Below are positions 26,406 to 39,506 of a stretch of DNA of 64,000 bases, in pieces; within the stretch, counting starts at the first letter, position 1; each line of letters opens with the position of its first letter. A program made the translations under genes and the position numbers. Origin of the DNA: Phoronis australis (lineage: Eukaryota; Animalia; Phoronida). Under the pieces are notes generated by a model. That model was not told the origin of the DNA, did not search any database, and saw only the letters and a program-made list of their open reading frames with translations. Location: positions 136,544 to 200,543 of the forward strand of contig NMRA01000266.1 in assembly GCA_002633005.1 (NCBI GenBank), read 5' to 3'.

Positions 26406-27747
26406 CTGCAAATCCAGGTACATGAGCGATACGTTAAGATCATTTAGCTAACAGTTTAGATTTTTTTACCATTTATGACATTTTTTACGTTTGCTCATGA
26501 ATCCGTACTGTCTGCAGATCATTGTTGGTCACAAAATAAATGTACGACAATAATCTCCTCCAGGTGGTCCTCGTTTCGGAATGGACGTGTGCTTTTTTAG
26601 GAGTCCACCCATGACATCCACCGTTCTACGTGAATTTTGCAATAAATGAAGACAATCTGCGCATGTGCGTATCAGGAAAAAAACTCGCTGAATTTTTAAC
26701 AACCTAATGTCCCTACAATGTCAAATTGAAGATGACCTGTTTCCGATTCGAGAACTTGCAAACCTATGTAGACCGGTACAGGCAATGCCTGTGAATCTTA
26801 TCACCACATGTGAAATGATATTGTCTAGCCGTACTAGGGTCTTCTATAATAAGTGAGGTCCCAAGTTTTCTCAAGATGTTGAAAAAATCCCCATTTCAAG
26901 TTTCATGGCGAAGATTATTGTGAAACCGTATTTTACAAACCGCCTCGTACAGTTTTGTGAGTTCCCAACTGGTGGCGAAAGTGTAGCTTGTACATTTATG
27001 CTCACCTAAGTCAATAAGCGACTTAATTCTTTTGTAATTTAAGACATAGGACCAAAATCTGACTCAGCGTTCATAAAACGATCTTTTCCGAAAAGGAGCT
27101 CTTCGTAATGTTGTATGAGGTATGTACCCGATTGAAAGTCGGTTTTACGATTTGAGACAGAAAATGATGATACTGTAGGTCACACTACTGGCAACAACTC
27201 CAACTTTGAGTTAAATGATATGGCAGTGTCCGATTCGCTTAAAACGATGATTTTTTCATCAACCTTTAAAATTCACCGCATTGCAGCCAGAGCGAGAGAC
27301 TTATCGGTACAGCATTAAGTATCTTTACTTCCTTACTACCCCTCTGACGAACCAATTTCGCCATCTCAAACCGCAGTCGACGCATTTTGATATCTAATAC
27401 TAATACTTACGTCTCTTCAAAGTCACTTTGACAAAAATTACAGTACTGGGTGGACAAAGGTGAATGCTTGAGCCCTTTAAATTTTTAGTTGAGAATAGTT
27501 AAACGGTATCGCGTTTATTCCACTCGTGCATGTAGCGGCGCTACGCCCTCTCTCTAAATGTTGCCGCAAGCTTTCATGCTAACCCCTGTTTCAGAGGACA
27601 AAAAAGAGTTCTGTTTACCACCATGCAGCTTCAAAAATGGTTCGTGATGCACTGCAAAGTTTAACTCTGACACCCCCGTGTATATGCGATATCGCACAGA
27701 ATAACGATTGCGAGATTTTATTAAAAATCATCTTTTCATTAACTTAC

Positions 27748-28077
27748 AAATCACGACTAATGTGTAGCGACGCTTGACAACTTCCTTTGTGTACGGATTC
27801 TCCACAGAATACTGGACAGTTTCATTATTGTCCGCTGCCAAGGGAGTGGCGCTGAACAGGGTCGTGCTCTGGAAGGCACCAGGTGACTGGGACACAAATT
27901 GCGTCACGGTAAATGCGCCACCTGTCACGTCATGCACAATCTTTGCTGTCCCATTCGGACTGACGGTGGATGTTGTGAAGTTAATGGAGAACCGTTTGCC
28001 AGACACAACATATATCTTGTCGTTATCATTTGAAAATTCCGCGTTAGTTAGTTGGACGATAACGTTTTCTGGGCCAA
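27748..28077 (-). CDS. Multi-Ig gene, Ig exon 9 (block A, unit 8; no Cys)
   Basis: 330 nt, phase 1-1; SPNGTAKIVHDVTGG..FSATPLAADN. Confidence 0.88.
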
Positions 28078-28199
28078 CTGGAACACGAATAAAACTTAAT
28101 GTATGTCAGTCGACATTGGACTAGTAGCAATGGAGTACGCTAATCACAAAGCATAAACGAGCAAAGGCAAACAACAAATGCAAATAATCAATAACAGGA

Positions 28200-28260
28200 A
28201 ACAACAACAACCACAATAACAACAACAACAACATCAACGACGACGACTACAACGACAACG
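28200..28260. repeat. (AAC/GAC)n microsatellite
   Basis: aacaacaac..gacgacgac visible. Confidence 0.9.
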
Positions 28261-28780
28261 CTGTTAAACCAAGATAGAAGGTAGTACGCATCTGGGTCGG
28301 TACGCTTTATGCATGTACATGTACTTTCAGAGACTTTGCTAGAACCTTATTGCCTAACAGGTTAAATAGCTCATAATCAGTCGCCTGTTTTTTGTATTAT
28401 GATCATCTCCACTGAGGTATGCATGGCTTCCTCACCTGAAACTCGCCGTGTGATGTCGCTGAATGTAGCCAGTGGCTCTAGCTGACCGGTTGTTTCACGC
28501 AGGCGTCACGTAATTCACCCTTGCCGACAACACGAACTACGTAGAATACATGTATTTCTAGGATGCTCCTTTAACTTTTGAGACGAATTAACTGAGCATG
28601 CGTCTGCTACAGAGACGTTGATCACGTGATTGGAGCAAAAAGTAGTTATATGTATGCTGTATTACTCAACCCGTGCCAGAGGGCAGAGATTTATTAAATC
28701 TATATACCTGAGTCCGGAACACCGCAATACATGACAGGTGCGTTGTTAAGTTTAAATTCATTAAAATGTTAGTTTCTCAC

Positions 28781-29101
28781 ATGCGACTCTGATGTGGAAG
28801 ACAATCTGTACAGTTTTCTGGGCTAACTCATTTTCTGCTTCAAAGGTTAATGGAATCAAGTTGTCCCCCCTGTTCATCCGTAACGTTTTAGTTACTTCTG
28901 TCATCTTTCCAACTCTTCGCATTGTCGTGTTGAAGTTGAAATTATAGCCTAGCAGCCGTACACTCGTGTTTGTGAGCTCGGGATTCGTGTCGTCCAACGT
29001 AAAGATTAGTTCTACATCCTGGTTCTCCCTTACAGTCACCCATTTGGTACGTTCATTGTAATCCCCGCCTGAGACCGTCAAGTCGACAGTTGTGGGCCCA
29101 T
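28781..29101 (-). CDS. Multi-Ig gene, Ig exon 8 (block A, unit 7; no Cys)
   Basis: 321 nt, phase 1-1; WVTVRENQDVELIFTLDDTNP. Confidence 0.88.
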
Positions 29102-29255
29102 CTATAAAACAAATTCTCATTTACTATCGTTCAGGCCTCAGTAGGCTCTCGGTTCTGAATCACAATTAACGAATGAAGATTTTGCGAATAGTACTACAGC
29201 GCATGTCACAGTTTGGTGAAAATCATCCGAGCAGCTACCAACTATGGAATGGAAG

Positions 29256-29408
29256 CAGGGCGGACCCAGGATATTAAGTTGGGGGACAGGGCATAGCATT
29301 AGCCATTATTTTACCCGTCGGACATTCGCACTACCGAGCTGCAAATTGGGATGTGGGAGAATTTTAGGGGGGCCATGGCCCCTTTGGCCCTCTCTAAATC
29401 CGCCAGTG
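29256..29408 (+). mobile_element. Short MITE-like element family 2, copy A
   Basis: Ends cagggcgga..tccgccagtg; inverted homologue at 45869-46030. Confidence 0.7.
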
Positions 29409-29550
29409 GGAAGTCAAAAATGTTCTACCTTTACTGAGGTGGAGTTGATTTTCAGAAAGAGTTGTCTGTGTGAGCCCCAACGCGGTGAACAGAAGAACGT
29501 TGAGACATCAATTCAATATCAATTTACAGTAACAATAAAATAACGCTTAC

Positions 29551-29880
29551 ACACGACGTCAAGCGTCAAATGACCCCTTGCTACCATTGCACTATTCCGT
29601 TGGTTGATGGCGCTGCAGTTAATTCGTAAGCCGAGGAGCTCCTTTTTCGCCTGAACGGTGAATGCCTTGAACACCTGAACAGCCCCATCAGTGTTCTTAC
29701 TTACGTACGCCTCATTCACGATTACGTCAGGATTGTTGATTGGAATACTTAAGTTAGCGTTGGGCCAGACGTCGTCTGTTTCACATCGAAACGTTTTTAG
29801 TTGGTTGTCGTGGCACCTGACACTGTCGCCAAGTTTTCTATCACGGCCGTCGAGGAAGAACGCGACCGTTTCTGGTCCAT
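29551..29880 (-). CDS. Multi-Ig gene, Ig exon 7 (block A, unit 6)
   Basis: 330 nt, phase 1-1; FRCETDDVWPNANLSI..GLRINCSAIN. Confidence 0.9.
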
Positions 29881-30259
29881 CTAGATAAAGTGAGTGTTGC
29901 ATTAAGAAGAGGGGATTTATGTGGACTAAGCGATTATCAACTCTGTGAAATGACCATCAACAACCAATATTTCCAGGGTTCTGTGGAAGACAAATTGATA
30001 GCAGCCCCATCATGTTGGGTCAATATACATCACGCCCGTTGAAATTAAGCTTGAATATAGTGGTTGTGTTCCTAAAATACATGTAACTCACGGCTACGTT
30101 TTCATTCACGCGTTTAATAGCTGGTTCTTATTGCAGTCCCGGAAAGTGGGTGTGTTTTACACGAGAACTGCAGGCGTCAGCACTGACAAGGAGAAGAACA
30201 AGTACATTGACAACTTCTCCAGGCAACCGTTGATTGGACTGTAAGCACCAGTAACTCAC

Positions 30260-30586
30260 AAGTGATGTCCAAAGTTGACTCCACGCTGATGGACGTTCCG
30301 CTAACCGGGTTTCTGCACGTGCAGGTGATTTTTTTCCGATTCAACGCCCTATCTACGGAAAGACTGAAGTCTTTTCTGGAAAACGTTCCGCCATGCGATA
30401 CCAAGAATGATTTGTCGACGGTGGGCCATGGTGTATCGCCAATATGTACTGTGACGTCAGAGGGAGGATTAGCAGAATCAGAGAGACATGCCATCTGGTG
30501 ACTGGCACCATCGGTCACTTCAAAGACTTCCGATAGGTTTCGCATGCTGGTTTTGTTGTATTGAATGACAGCTTCTGACGGTCCGA
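30260..30586 (-). CDS. Multi-Ig gene, Ig exon 6 (block A, unit 5)
   Basis: 327 nt, phase 1-1; MACLSDSANPP..LNRKKITCTCRNP. Confidence 0.92.
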
Positions 30587-31778
30587 CTGAAAGATCAACG
30601 ACCAGTATCACCGAAGCGAAGCAATGCAATTGCCTTTGCAAGAAACTTTTGGAAAATCACTATGAATGGCGTTCTTAGAAAAATCAATGGTTTTTAAGGG
30701 CGAACATCAGCAAATGATAGTACATGAAGTGTTTTATCTTGAACAAATCCGCCGGCGTTCTCAAACAGCCAAAATGTAGGCACAAAGACCTTTATCGGGT
30801 TGTCACGAATTCTTGATGATGGTGCAAAATGTTTTGCTGTCCAGATATCAAGTGATCGTATAACAGACATTATAATCATAACATGAAAACAATGACTGCC
30901 ATTGGTTACAATCACGTGATGGTAGACATAAAGGTGGAGCTGACAACAACCAATGGTTACGAGGATCGTGAACTGAATTTGCTCAGCAACCATAACATTG
31001 GATGGACCATAATTCCTGGGATACCTAAAGATTAACGTTACAGAGACTCATTAAAGTGCAATCGAATAGCCATGGTGGAGCGAAGGCTTTTAAAACGGAC
31101 TTGCCAAGAACCACTTCCATTCCATGTGTGTCCAATTTTCTGCGTTACAGGTACATGTACCTGTTGCACTAAACTACCAATCATCTCTATCTTTTGATTT
31201 CGTCAACTGGAAATTTGTCATATTTTACCATTTTGTGACTAAAATTGAAATAAATAATAAATTAATTGCTTATATACTTGAAAAGAAATGAACTAGTCAA
31301 AAAACGAGAATTTTTCCTAATAGGATTGTTATGGAATAGAATTTCTAAAATGTAATGCGTATCATCTCAATCCTTATGAAACTACATACGAGTACCTTCA
31401 CACCAATGGTATGCCTATGTGTCGTTTTTAAAACTAAAATTTAGAAATTGTGAGTAACTGATCCAGAGAAATTTCCAATATGACATGGATTTTCCGATTT
31501 TTACCGCTGGTCAGAGAGTGTGCATGTACGGGTTTGGCGTAAAAAAGGAAAATTAAACTTTTTAAGAGCAAAAGACGGATAATGGCAATTTGAAGGATTT
31601 TCAACTAATACTGAATGTCAGATGTTACATGCCATGGTCCTCTGGCATGCCATTTTGACTGTTGATGTGACTCTTGAAAATGGTAATTTAGTACCATTAA
31701 AACACTAAACAACGCAAATAGGCCAACAATCAAAGTAAAATAATCGGACACTGTGTTATGTTTAAAGAATTGACTTAC

Positions 31779-32123
31779 AGGATACTTCTAAAGTGATGAC
31801 CTCTCGAACTGTGTAGTTGCTTTCCATCTTGTTTGTGGCAACATAGACAACCTCACGTCTATTGTCACTTTCAGACGGGGTGATGGTCAGCGTGGTCTCA
31901 TAAATCAGACCACCAAACTCGCCGATCTCATTGGTTGTCACTACACTCAGGCCTGGCAGAACAGTCACAGTCACGTTTGCTTCTTTGATCACATTTCCCG
32001 TCCTAAAAACGATACTGGACTCTTTGCCCGCTGTCACGTCATACTTGCGTACGTCGGGTTTCTGCGGATCAGCTTCGTGCCTGACGGCTGAGGTCGCTTC
32101 CACCGAGTAAGAAGTAGGACCAA
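31779..32123 (-). CDS. Multi-Ig gene, Ig exon 5 (block A, unit 4; no Cys)
   Basis: 345 nt, phase 1-1; RKYDV..EANVTV..GEFGGLIYETTL. Confidence 0.9.
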
Positions 32124-32502
32124 CTGTTAAAGCAATATGGTTACCACAATGACCACGTGGTTGGAGACTCCATTATTCGTCAGATGGCAAGGCAGTGCCC
32201 TATACTTATCGTCACGTTAACGTTCAATGACTGGGAAATAACTTTCAAGAAAATGAGGCTTGTACCAAAACGCAGTATACGTACTCGCCAATGTATAGCC
32301 GCAGGCAGATTTAAGATGGCACAGCCCAAACATTCATTTGCATGTCAATTTTAGGGCAGACATACATGTAGGCCTTTAAAAATTGTTTGCAGACCTTGGA
32401 AAAACTTCGCCCGTTATATGAATGTCAATCGACATTCACACTGATAGTATCCCCGACGCAGAAACAGGAAATCTGTGTTACATGTCTCTGAAGGAAACTT
32501 AC

Positions 32503-32871
32503 ACATAATGTTGTAAAAGAGGACCTTTCTTGTGACGTTCAGATCTCCGTAAAATTTGTTTTTGAAAACGCACACTAGGTAATCGTCGAATAGTTCCACC
32601 GTTAAATTAAAGTATAAATCGAATGCGTATTTCTTTCTTTCTTGCAATCCATCCGTTGGCTTCTCTCCTTCCACGAATGCACCTGTGGCGCTATATGCAC
32701 AATCAATTTCTAAATTCGGTTTCACGTAGTCAGTGGTGAACCGCAGAGTGTATTCTGCGTTGCTCGGGGGAGCCTGAACGACATAGTGTTCAGGACTGTC
32801 TGTTGGAACGGCCTGTACATTATCGTTCGCCGTGGCTCCAAATAGCGTGACGCCGACGTGCAAAGGTCCTG
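32503..32871 (-). CDS. Multi-Ig gene, Ig exon 4 (block A, unit 3)
   Basis: 369 nt, phase 1-1; FTTDYVKPNLEIDCAYSA..LFDDYLVCVFKN. Confidence 0.9.
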
Positions 32872-33428
32872 CTATAAACAGTAAAACACTCAACAAGCTT
32901 ACTAGAAATTAATTACTTCGTTTAGCTACACATAATGTCCACGAGATACCGTGACGCACTAGACATACACGTACTGTATCAGTCCGCGGTCGAGCATGAG
33001 GGACACGTACAGGACTGTGTCTCAGTGAGCGACAACCAATTGTCTTTGAGCATTCAATCTAGCAACTCGGAGAACAAATCCATTGGCATCACCCAAACAT
33101 TCTAGCAGACTTTAACTTAATACATTGTATGTGGTTAGGACCGCTATAATGCATGGGCACTCCGTATATTGTCAACGGACGAAGTATGTAATTTTACGTA
33201 TAAGCCGTTACTATTGACTAGTGGCACCTTCAAAGACAGCCAGGAAGTGGCTAAGTTCTAGTGGTATTTAATTCCTTGCGACTATCCATGATCCAACAAA
33301 CAAACGCAAACAATTGTCACAGATGCGCGACGTTACCTAAGCAGCGTAAGAGCAAAGTTGGCTTGCCAGGGCTACAGTTCCATGGTTTGGTGGAATGTAC
33401 TGTCACTGGATATTGCGCAACTACTTAC

Positions 33429-33782
33429 ATGCTACTATGACGTTGTGTGATTCACTAGTCGAGGTTTGAGCCTCATCGAACCGGTTTTGAGCTTGGCACG
33501 TGGCACTTTGATCGGCCCAAGCGGGGTCCGAAATTCTGAACGTGATGTTTGTGGTGGTCGTGTAGTTTAAATATTCAGTTATTTCTTCAACGAAAGGTCT
33601 GCCAGGTTTAAAGGGTAGAGAATTCATTGCGTACGTCATGTTGGCATCCCCGGTGTTCATGAAGTTCGTTTGACACGACAGAGTATACGTCTCGTTTATC
33701 TTTGCTATGAAGTATTTCACGTTGTTCTCAGTCACCCATTTGCCGCTATTGTAACTCTCGATGCTCAATGGAGCTGGTGATA
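33429..33782 (-). CDS. Multi-Ig gene, Ig exon 3 (block A, unit 2)
   Basis: 354 nt, phase 1-1; YTLSCQTNFMNTGD..EYLNY..ATCQAQN. Confidence 0.9.
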
Positions 33783-36700
33783 CTGAAAAAGAATCGAACA
33801 ACAGCATGAACTCGTGCTATTTTAAATCGGACCATGGACTGTTAAATAGCCTACCTCACGCTGTGTCAAGTGTGAAAAATGACACGACTTTTGGGCTTCG
33901 GTAAAAATAGAGCAACAATCAAAGTNNNNNNNNNNNNNNNNNNNNNNNNNNNNNNNNNNNNNNNNNNNNNNNNNNNNNNNNNNNNNNNNNNNNNNNNNNN
34001 NNNNNNNNNNNNNNNNNNNNNNNNNNNNNNNNNNNNNNNNNNNNNNNNNNNNNNNNNNNNNNNNNNNNNNNNNNNNNNNNNNNNNNNNNNNNNNNNNNNN
34101 NNNNNNNNNNNNNNNNNNNNNNNNNNNNNNNNNNNNNNNNNNNNNNNNNNNNNNNNNNNNNNNNNNNNNNNNNNNNNNNNNNNNNNNNNNNNNNNNNNNN
34201 NNNNNNNNNNNNNNNNNNNNNNNNNNNNNNNNNNNNNNNNNNNNNNNNNNNNNNNNNNNNNNNNNNNNNNNNNNNNNNNNNNNNNNNNNNNNNNNNNNNN
34301 NNNNNNNNNNNNNNNNNNNNNNNNNNNNNNNNNNNNNNNNNNNNNNNNNNNNNNNNAAACATTCTGTCTGATTATCCTCAGAGCTTGTATTAAAGAAGAA
34401 CGGGAAAATATCAACAATCCTTTCGAGTACAAAGATTGGAAAGCCTCTGCCACAACTTTCATGTTTTATGTATCAGAGACCAAAGAGTACAAGAAACGGT
34501 AATTTCCAAGGCTTTTAAACCACGAAAATTTTCAAATATAATGTCTGAACCTTGAGGTAATAGGTTTTGGTTGTACCTGATGACATGTGCGGACATTAAA
34601 CGACATGCACACATATAAAGGCCGTTAGCCTTGCTACTGTCAATAAAGTTGCTGTTGTTCTAGCCGGGACCAGTTCAACTTTTAGGTATGGCGTCTGGGA
34701 GAATCAGTTGAACGAAGACAGAATGGTTTTGAAGTACCAAATGTTGATCTGCAATTCCAGACTGCTGACGGCTTGCTGTAACATTTGAACATTGCGAAGG
34801 ATCTGCAACAGCTTTAGCAAATTCGTGCTCATAACATTTCTCATTTGTGGCATTTGTTTGCATTTGTTTGCTCCGGTGTTGAAAATTCCTATGGAAATCA
34901 CAGTCACTAAAACTGTTTGCAACTCGATCTGCCGTTTTTCAACCCTACTGCAAAAAAGAAACATCGATGGAAAGCCTTTCACCAGTTCTTGATGGTGTAT
35001 TGTCATGGCAGAAGCAAACAATAAATAATTTAGTTGATAAATAATTATCTGTTTGCATACCTGACAAGTTTACAAACATTCCTTTTAATTCTAACGACCA
35101 AGAGTACTACCAAAATGGGTGTAATAGCAGCATAAATAGAAAATGAACCACGGTTATTATTTTTGTGACGGATTGAATCAGCAGGGATATAATTTCAGTG
35201 AATCAAGATTTCTACACCATTAAGGCAAAGAATACAGAATATGAATTCCTCGCAGGACCTTGGTGCAGGTTGGTATAGTTCTTCGGTAAAACTCCAGCGC
35301 GGAGTGACATTTACAAAAATGTGATCAATTAATTCCTATAACAACGTATTCGAAATCTGTAGGTAAAGGCTTTCAGAGCAAACGTCTATTGTGTTGGTTT
35401 GAAATAGTGAGTCATTACATGGATGGCAGGGTGGAATTTTAACGTGAACAAGAGAGCGGCGAGACGTTTGGAACGCAATTTTGTTACGCTAATAAACAAC
35501 TGGACTCTGGAAATTGACAGTGGTCATGATAAAGCGATAAATGAAAACTGATCCGTTGTTGTCAACGATTGAGAATGAAAAGTGGGACAACCTGAATGAA
35601 TAGCGTGAAGACATAGCGACGATGCGAATATGAAGTAAGTTGAAAATTGCGAAATGTTTTCAATAATGAGTTTTGTGTCGAAAATAATCCGCCGTGAATA
35701 ACACAACCGTTGCCAGTAAGTATCGTTACTCGGTGCTGGGGGAAACACATGTAACAATGCATGATGTGGGCTATGTGACCCCCTCCCCCTGTACGTCATT
35801 ACTGCAAAGGTCAACTACATATATTTGCAGATTTTTGTTCTCCCATTTACAAATTATTTCACATATCATTGTCGTTTAGTTCCCGCTTTACATTTGCATA
35901 GCTAGGAGCAACGAAATGTATCTTTAAGTCGAATGCGCAAATGTTGCTACCTCAGAAACGTACCGTCTTTCCTTTTTAGTCGAACAAGAATATAGTGCTA
36001 TGTACCGTAGTTATGTTATATGTATGTCAGTGTCATCGTGTGTCAAAAAGTTGGCCGTTTTAAGGGTGTGGCAGGACGGCCGGAAAAAGTCAAAAAGCGA
36101 TAGCCCGTCAAGAACGGAATAATTGGTAACTACAATGAGCGCGATCAGCAACGCAGAGTATTGGTTAGGATAGGTATTTTTTTCATGAGGTATATCTAAA
36201 TAGTACAGATAACATTCACGGCCCAGAAACTGAATAAACAAAAAAGTAACTGATCAAATGAATTAAATATTATCGAAACAATTTAAAACAGCAATAGTTG
36301 AAAACAAGAGCACGCAAACTTAGCTAGTCAAACACCAGTAGTGTATCGAAAGTCACGTGAACACAGTTGCTAGTAGGGGCTAAACATTCCATTTACAATT
36401 GCAGAACGAACACCAAGAAACCAAATGCCACTTCTTTCCGTTAAGTACAGTAGCATAACCTTAACACCCAGTAAAGTCTAGTTGGAACACTTCTAGCGTA
36501 TTTTGGTAGGCTGTCAAATGCATTTCTAAGTTTGGAGATGAACAAATATTAGACGCTACAACTGCAGGCCTGCTTAGTTCCGGTATCCGTCCAGGGCCAC
36601 TGTTTGCTGAATGACCAATGAAATGGCTGTGTTTGTTGACTAGTTTTTCCGGAAAATCGCTAGTTGTCTAGAACCGTACATGTAGATTAAGAGTCTCGCT

Positions 36701-36943
36701 TGATGAACAAAACTGTGAAAGTGAAAACGAAACAATTAAAGTATACTTAATTTCAAAACTACAATACTCGAACAAAACTCAGCGGAGCACACAACCGAAA
36801 ATTCCAAATACTATAATACCATGGCCACGAGCGAAAGTGGACATTCCAGGTCTAGAGTTTATGGCCATTGGAACTGGTTCCTAGTATGGCCTCAGTAATT
36901 CTTGCAACCACGTAAAAATTATAATATGCCAAACATGTCTTAC

Positions 36944-37342
36944 GTATGTTGATAAACATAAGTATCTCGGTTTTCTGTAGTATTGTGTGAGCCGCGATGG
37001 CGTACTGGGGCGCCACGTGTTGGAGTCCTGTGTTGGTGGCTATGCACGTAACTTTCATCCCGTGCTCAGGGCCGTCTCTGCTCGTGCTAAATTCCAAGTC
37101 ACGCGTGTAAGCAATGCCGTCAGGGGAATTGTTGGGATCTTCAACCACGTCTTCTTCCTTGGCTGCGTTGCCCGGATCGACGAGCCATTCGAGTGTGCCC
37201 GACGGATGCATAGGACCAGAGATACAGCTTACTCGCACAGTTTTACCAATTGGCACTAAGTATATTCGGGGATATGTTTTGTGCGGGTCTATTTCTTGCA
37301 GTCTGTCACCAATGATTTCAGTTTCCAACGCTTCTGGCCCAT
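36944..37342 (-). CDS. Multi-Ig gene, Ig exon 2 (block A, unit 1)
   Basis: 399 nt, phase 1-1; VSCISGPMHPSGTLEW..YTRDL..EHGMKVTCIATN. Confidence 0.92.
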
Positions 37343-39167
37343 CTGTTGAAATGGTTTTCAGAAAGATCAATGGCGCTTGACAATTGGTCAATCATTTTGT
37401 TTGTTCTAAAACAATGTGTGGCATAGCGTACAGGTCTGCTGCGATGTAGTATATCACACCCGACAAATATCGTAGCACCCGAAGTGTGACAATGCGTGCC
37501 GAATGCGACAAAATATGCCGTGAACGCCGACACCTACCCGTAGTCTCTTCTGGAGTAGCCCCCGAAACATTGCAAATAAACATGGGATGCAAACCTTAGC
37601 TTGGTAACTGCAATTTTTCGTTACCCTGGAACTGTCTGTGAAAAGTCATGTTGGATTTCCAAATCTCCACTTGAGTACTTGCCAAGAAAAAATATTAAAG
37701 ACAATATTTCACTCAAAGCTGCACCGAATCATGCACATTCGCTGATAACTAACTTTTCGATTTTCGGCATAAATTGGACTAAGAACGAAGAAATGTTTGA
37801 GTATTGGCTAAGTAAATATCAGGCTTTATGTTGTTTTTTTGCCGTCAATTCTGCTTTCATTTCCCCAGGATGAACGACACCAAGCTTTACTTCAGATGTA
37901 GAGCACCCGCAAACACTATCTGACGAAAGGTTAAATATCTGATATTCAGTTGCGAGCATTCATTGGTCAACACATTACATGTATATCTAAAATCGAGACA
38001 GCCAACCAAATCACTATAGTCATCCTCTGTCAAGGAATGGCGCGGCATGCGCTTATCGTGGTTCACGCTGTGGCTCTGTTAGCTTTCCCGACGGACATCA
38101 CGGAAGCGCAGATATGGCATAACTTTGTACAAGAAACTTGTGAGTTAGTGGACACGATACAATGGCGCTGGGCATGCTTATACTACACATTCATATTCGT
38201 GGAGCAAAGAAATATTCAATTCGAGTTCACTTTTTTGCTCTATACTCAGTATTTTTGGGAATTGTGATATGCAGTGCAAAAAGGAAGGTTTAATGATTAT
38301 CATGAAGTAGTTACCTGTTTAAATAAGGTAAATGGTGGTTTTTAAAATTTTAAAACTTAATTTCGCTTTGTTTACAAGTAGCTGTTAAAAAATGAAAACC
38401 GAAGTCTTCACTTTAACCCTTATAAAATTGGTGTTTTATTTTTCACTCTATCGAGATGTAGTCTAACCTTACCCGTTACTTATTTGTTGACCAAAAAACG
38501 TGTGTAGTGATGCAGGAATGGTTGTCGCGTACAGAGGAGATGAAACCAGAGAGACAGTCAACATGTAGTCTTGACACCAAAACACAGATGCAGACTGGTA
38601 CGTGGGAGTGCTGGCATGCCAGTGAAGGCTGTGGAGCATGCGAAGAAACCAACTGGCGTTCAAAGTTTCTACTTTATTGGGCCCCCAATCATCTCCAAAA
38701 GTCCGATGGGAGCGTTCAACAAAAATTGATAGACTTCCCAAGCCCACCAAGCCGTTGTTCCAGGTGAAAACTGGATGCTGTGAAACCAGTGCATTCCCCA
38801 TACTTTATGAACAATTAGCGCCACAGATTAGGCATTGACACTCGTGGGATTTGGCATCAGTCTGAGCAGACCAGGCATATGCCAGTACTTGTGAAGCAGA
38901 GTGAGCTACGTTCAACCACGCAATTAGTTTCTTTGGCCGGATATGTACAGTGTAATTGTCGTAAACAAACTCTCGTTGCGCATGCTCCACCTAGTGAATT
39001 TTGAGTTTCCAATTGCTTATGTCCTAGAAATTTGTTTCCAATATTTTCTTTGCAATGAAATTGGAAATGACGAACCAGATTTGTCATTTCAGTAAGATTT
39101 GAAATACGAAAGTTAATACACGCTGTCGACCGTGAGGGCTGGCGTCCTAAACGGTACCGGTACTTAC

Positions 39168-39506
39168 ACAGCACAGACACCGTCATCTCTCGTTTCGCCC
39201 ACTCGAGGCAATAGTTAGACAGCAAAGTACAGGCCACTTTGTCTCCATGGGCGTTTTTGTCGAAAGTGTTTGACCAAGTTGATGTCTGTTTACCATCGTG
39301 CGTTTCATCGTCGTATTCTTTCGTGTATGCCAAATGGCCGAAATGATTATCTTGGTCCAGCTCGTTGGCGTTGTAGGACCAAACAAAACCAGCGCGCATT
39401 TCTCCGCTCCTATGCGTGTAGTACTTGGCTCTGGTGTCGCACGTAATGGAGGAACGTCTCCCGGCGTAAATGTATCCGGGGTCATCCATCACCATTGTAA
39501 ATTCAT
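39168..39506 (-). CDS. Multi-Ig gene, Ig exon 1 (most 5' Ig domain found)
   Basis: 339 nt, phase 1-1, tttcag acceptor, T|gtaagt donor; SITCDTR..FVWSY..HGDKVACTL. Confidence 0.85.

Noticed and set aside
29251-29413. Apparent GGAAG 5-bp TSD around MITE family 2 copy A
   Set aside because: The second copy has the same 5 bases at the equivalent end only, so they may belong to the element
33866-34502. Long ORFs spanning the gap
   Set aside because: Consist of translated Ns (gap 33926-34357)
2639-37380. Many plus-strand ORFs overlapping the Ig exons
   Set aside because: Antisense shadows of the minus-strand coding exons
38469-38990. Long minus-strand frame with one stop, containing PVFTW, between Ig exons 1 and 2
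   Set aside because: No Ig Cys spacing, no phase 1-1 boundaries, in-frame stop; cannot be supported as an exon
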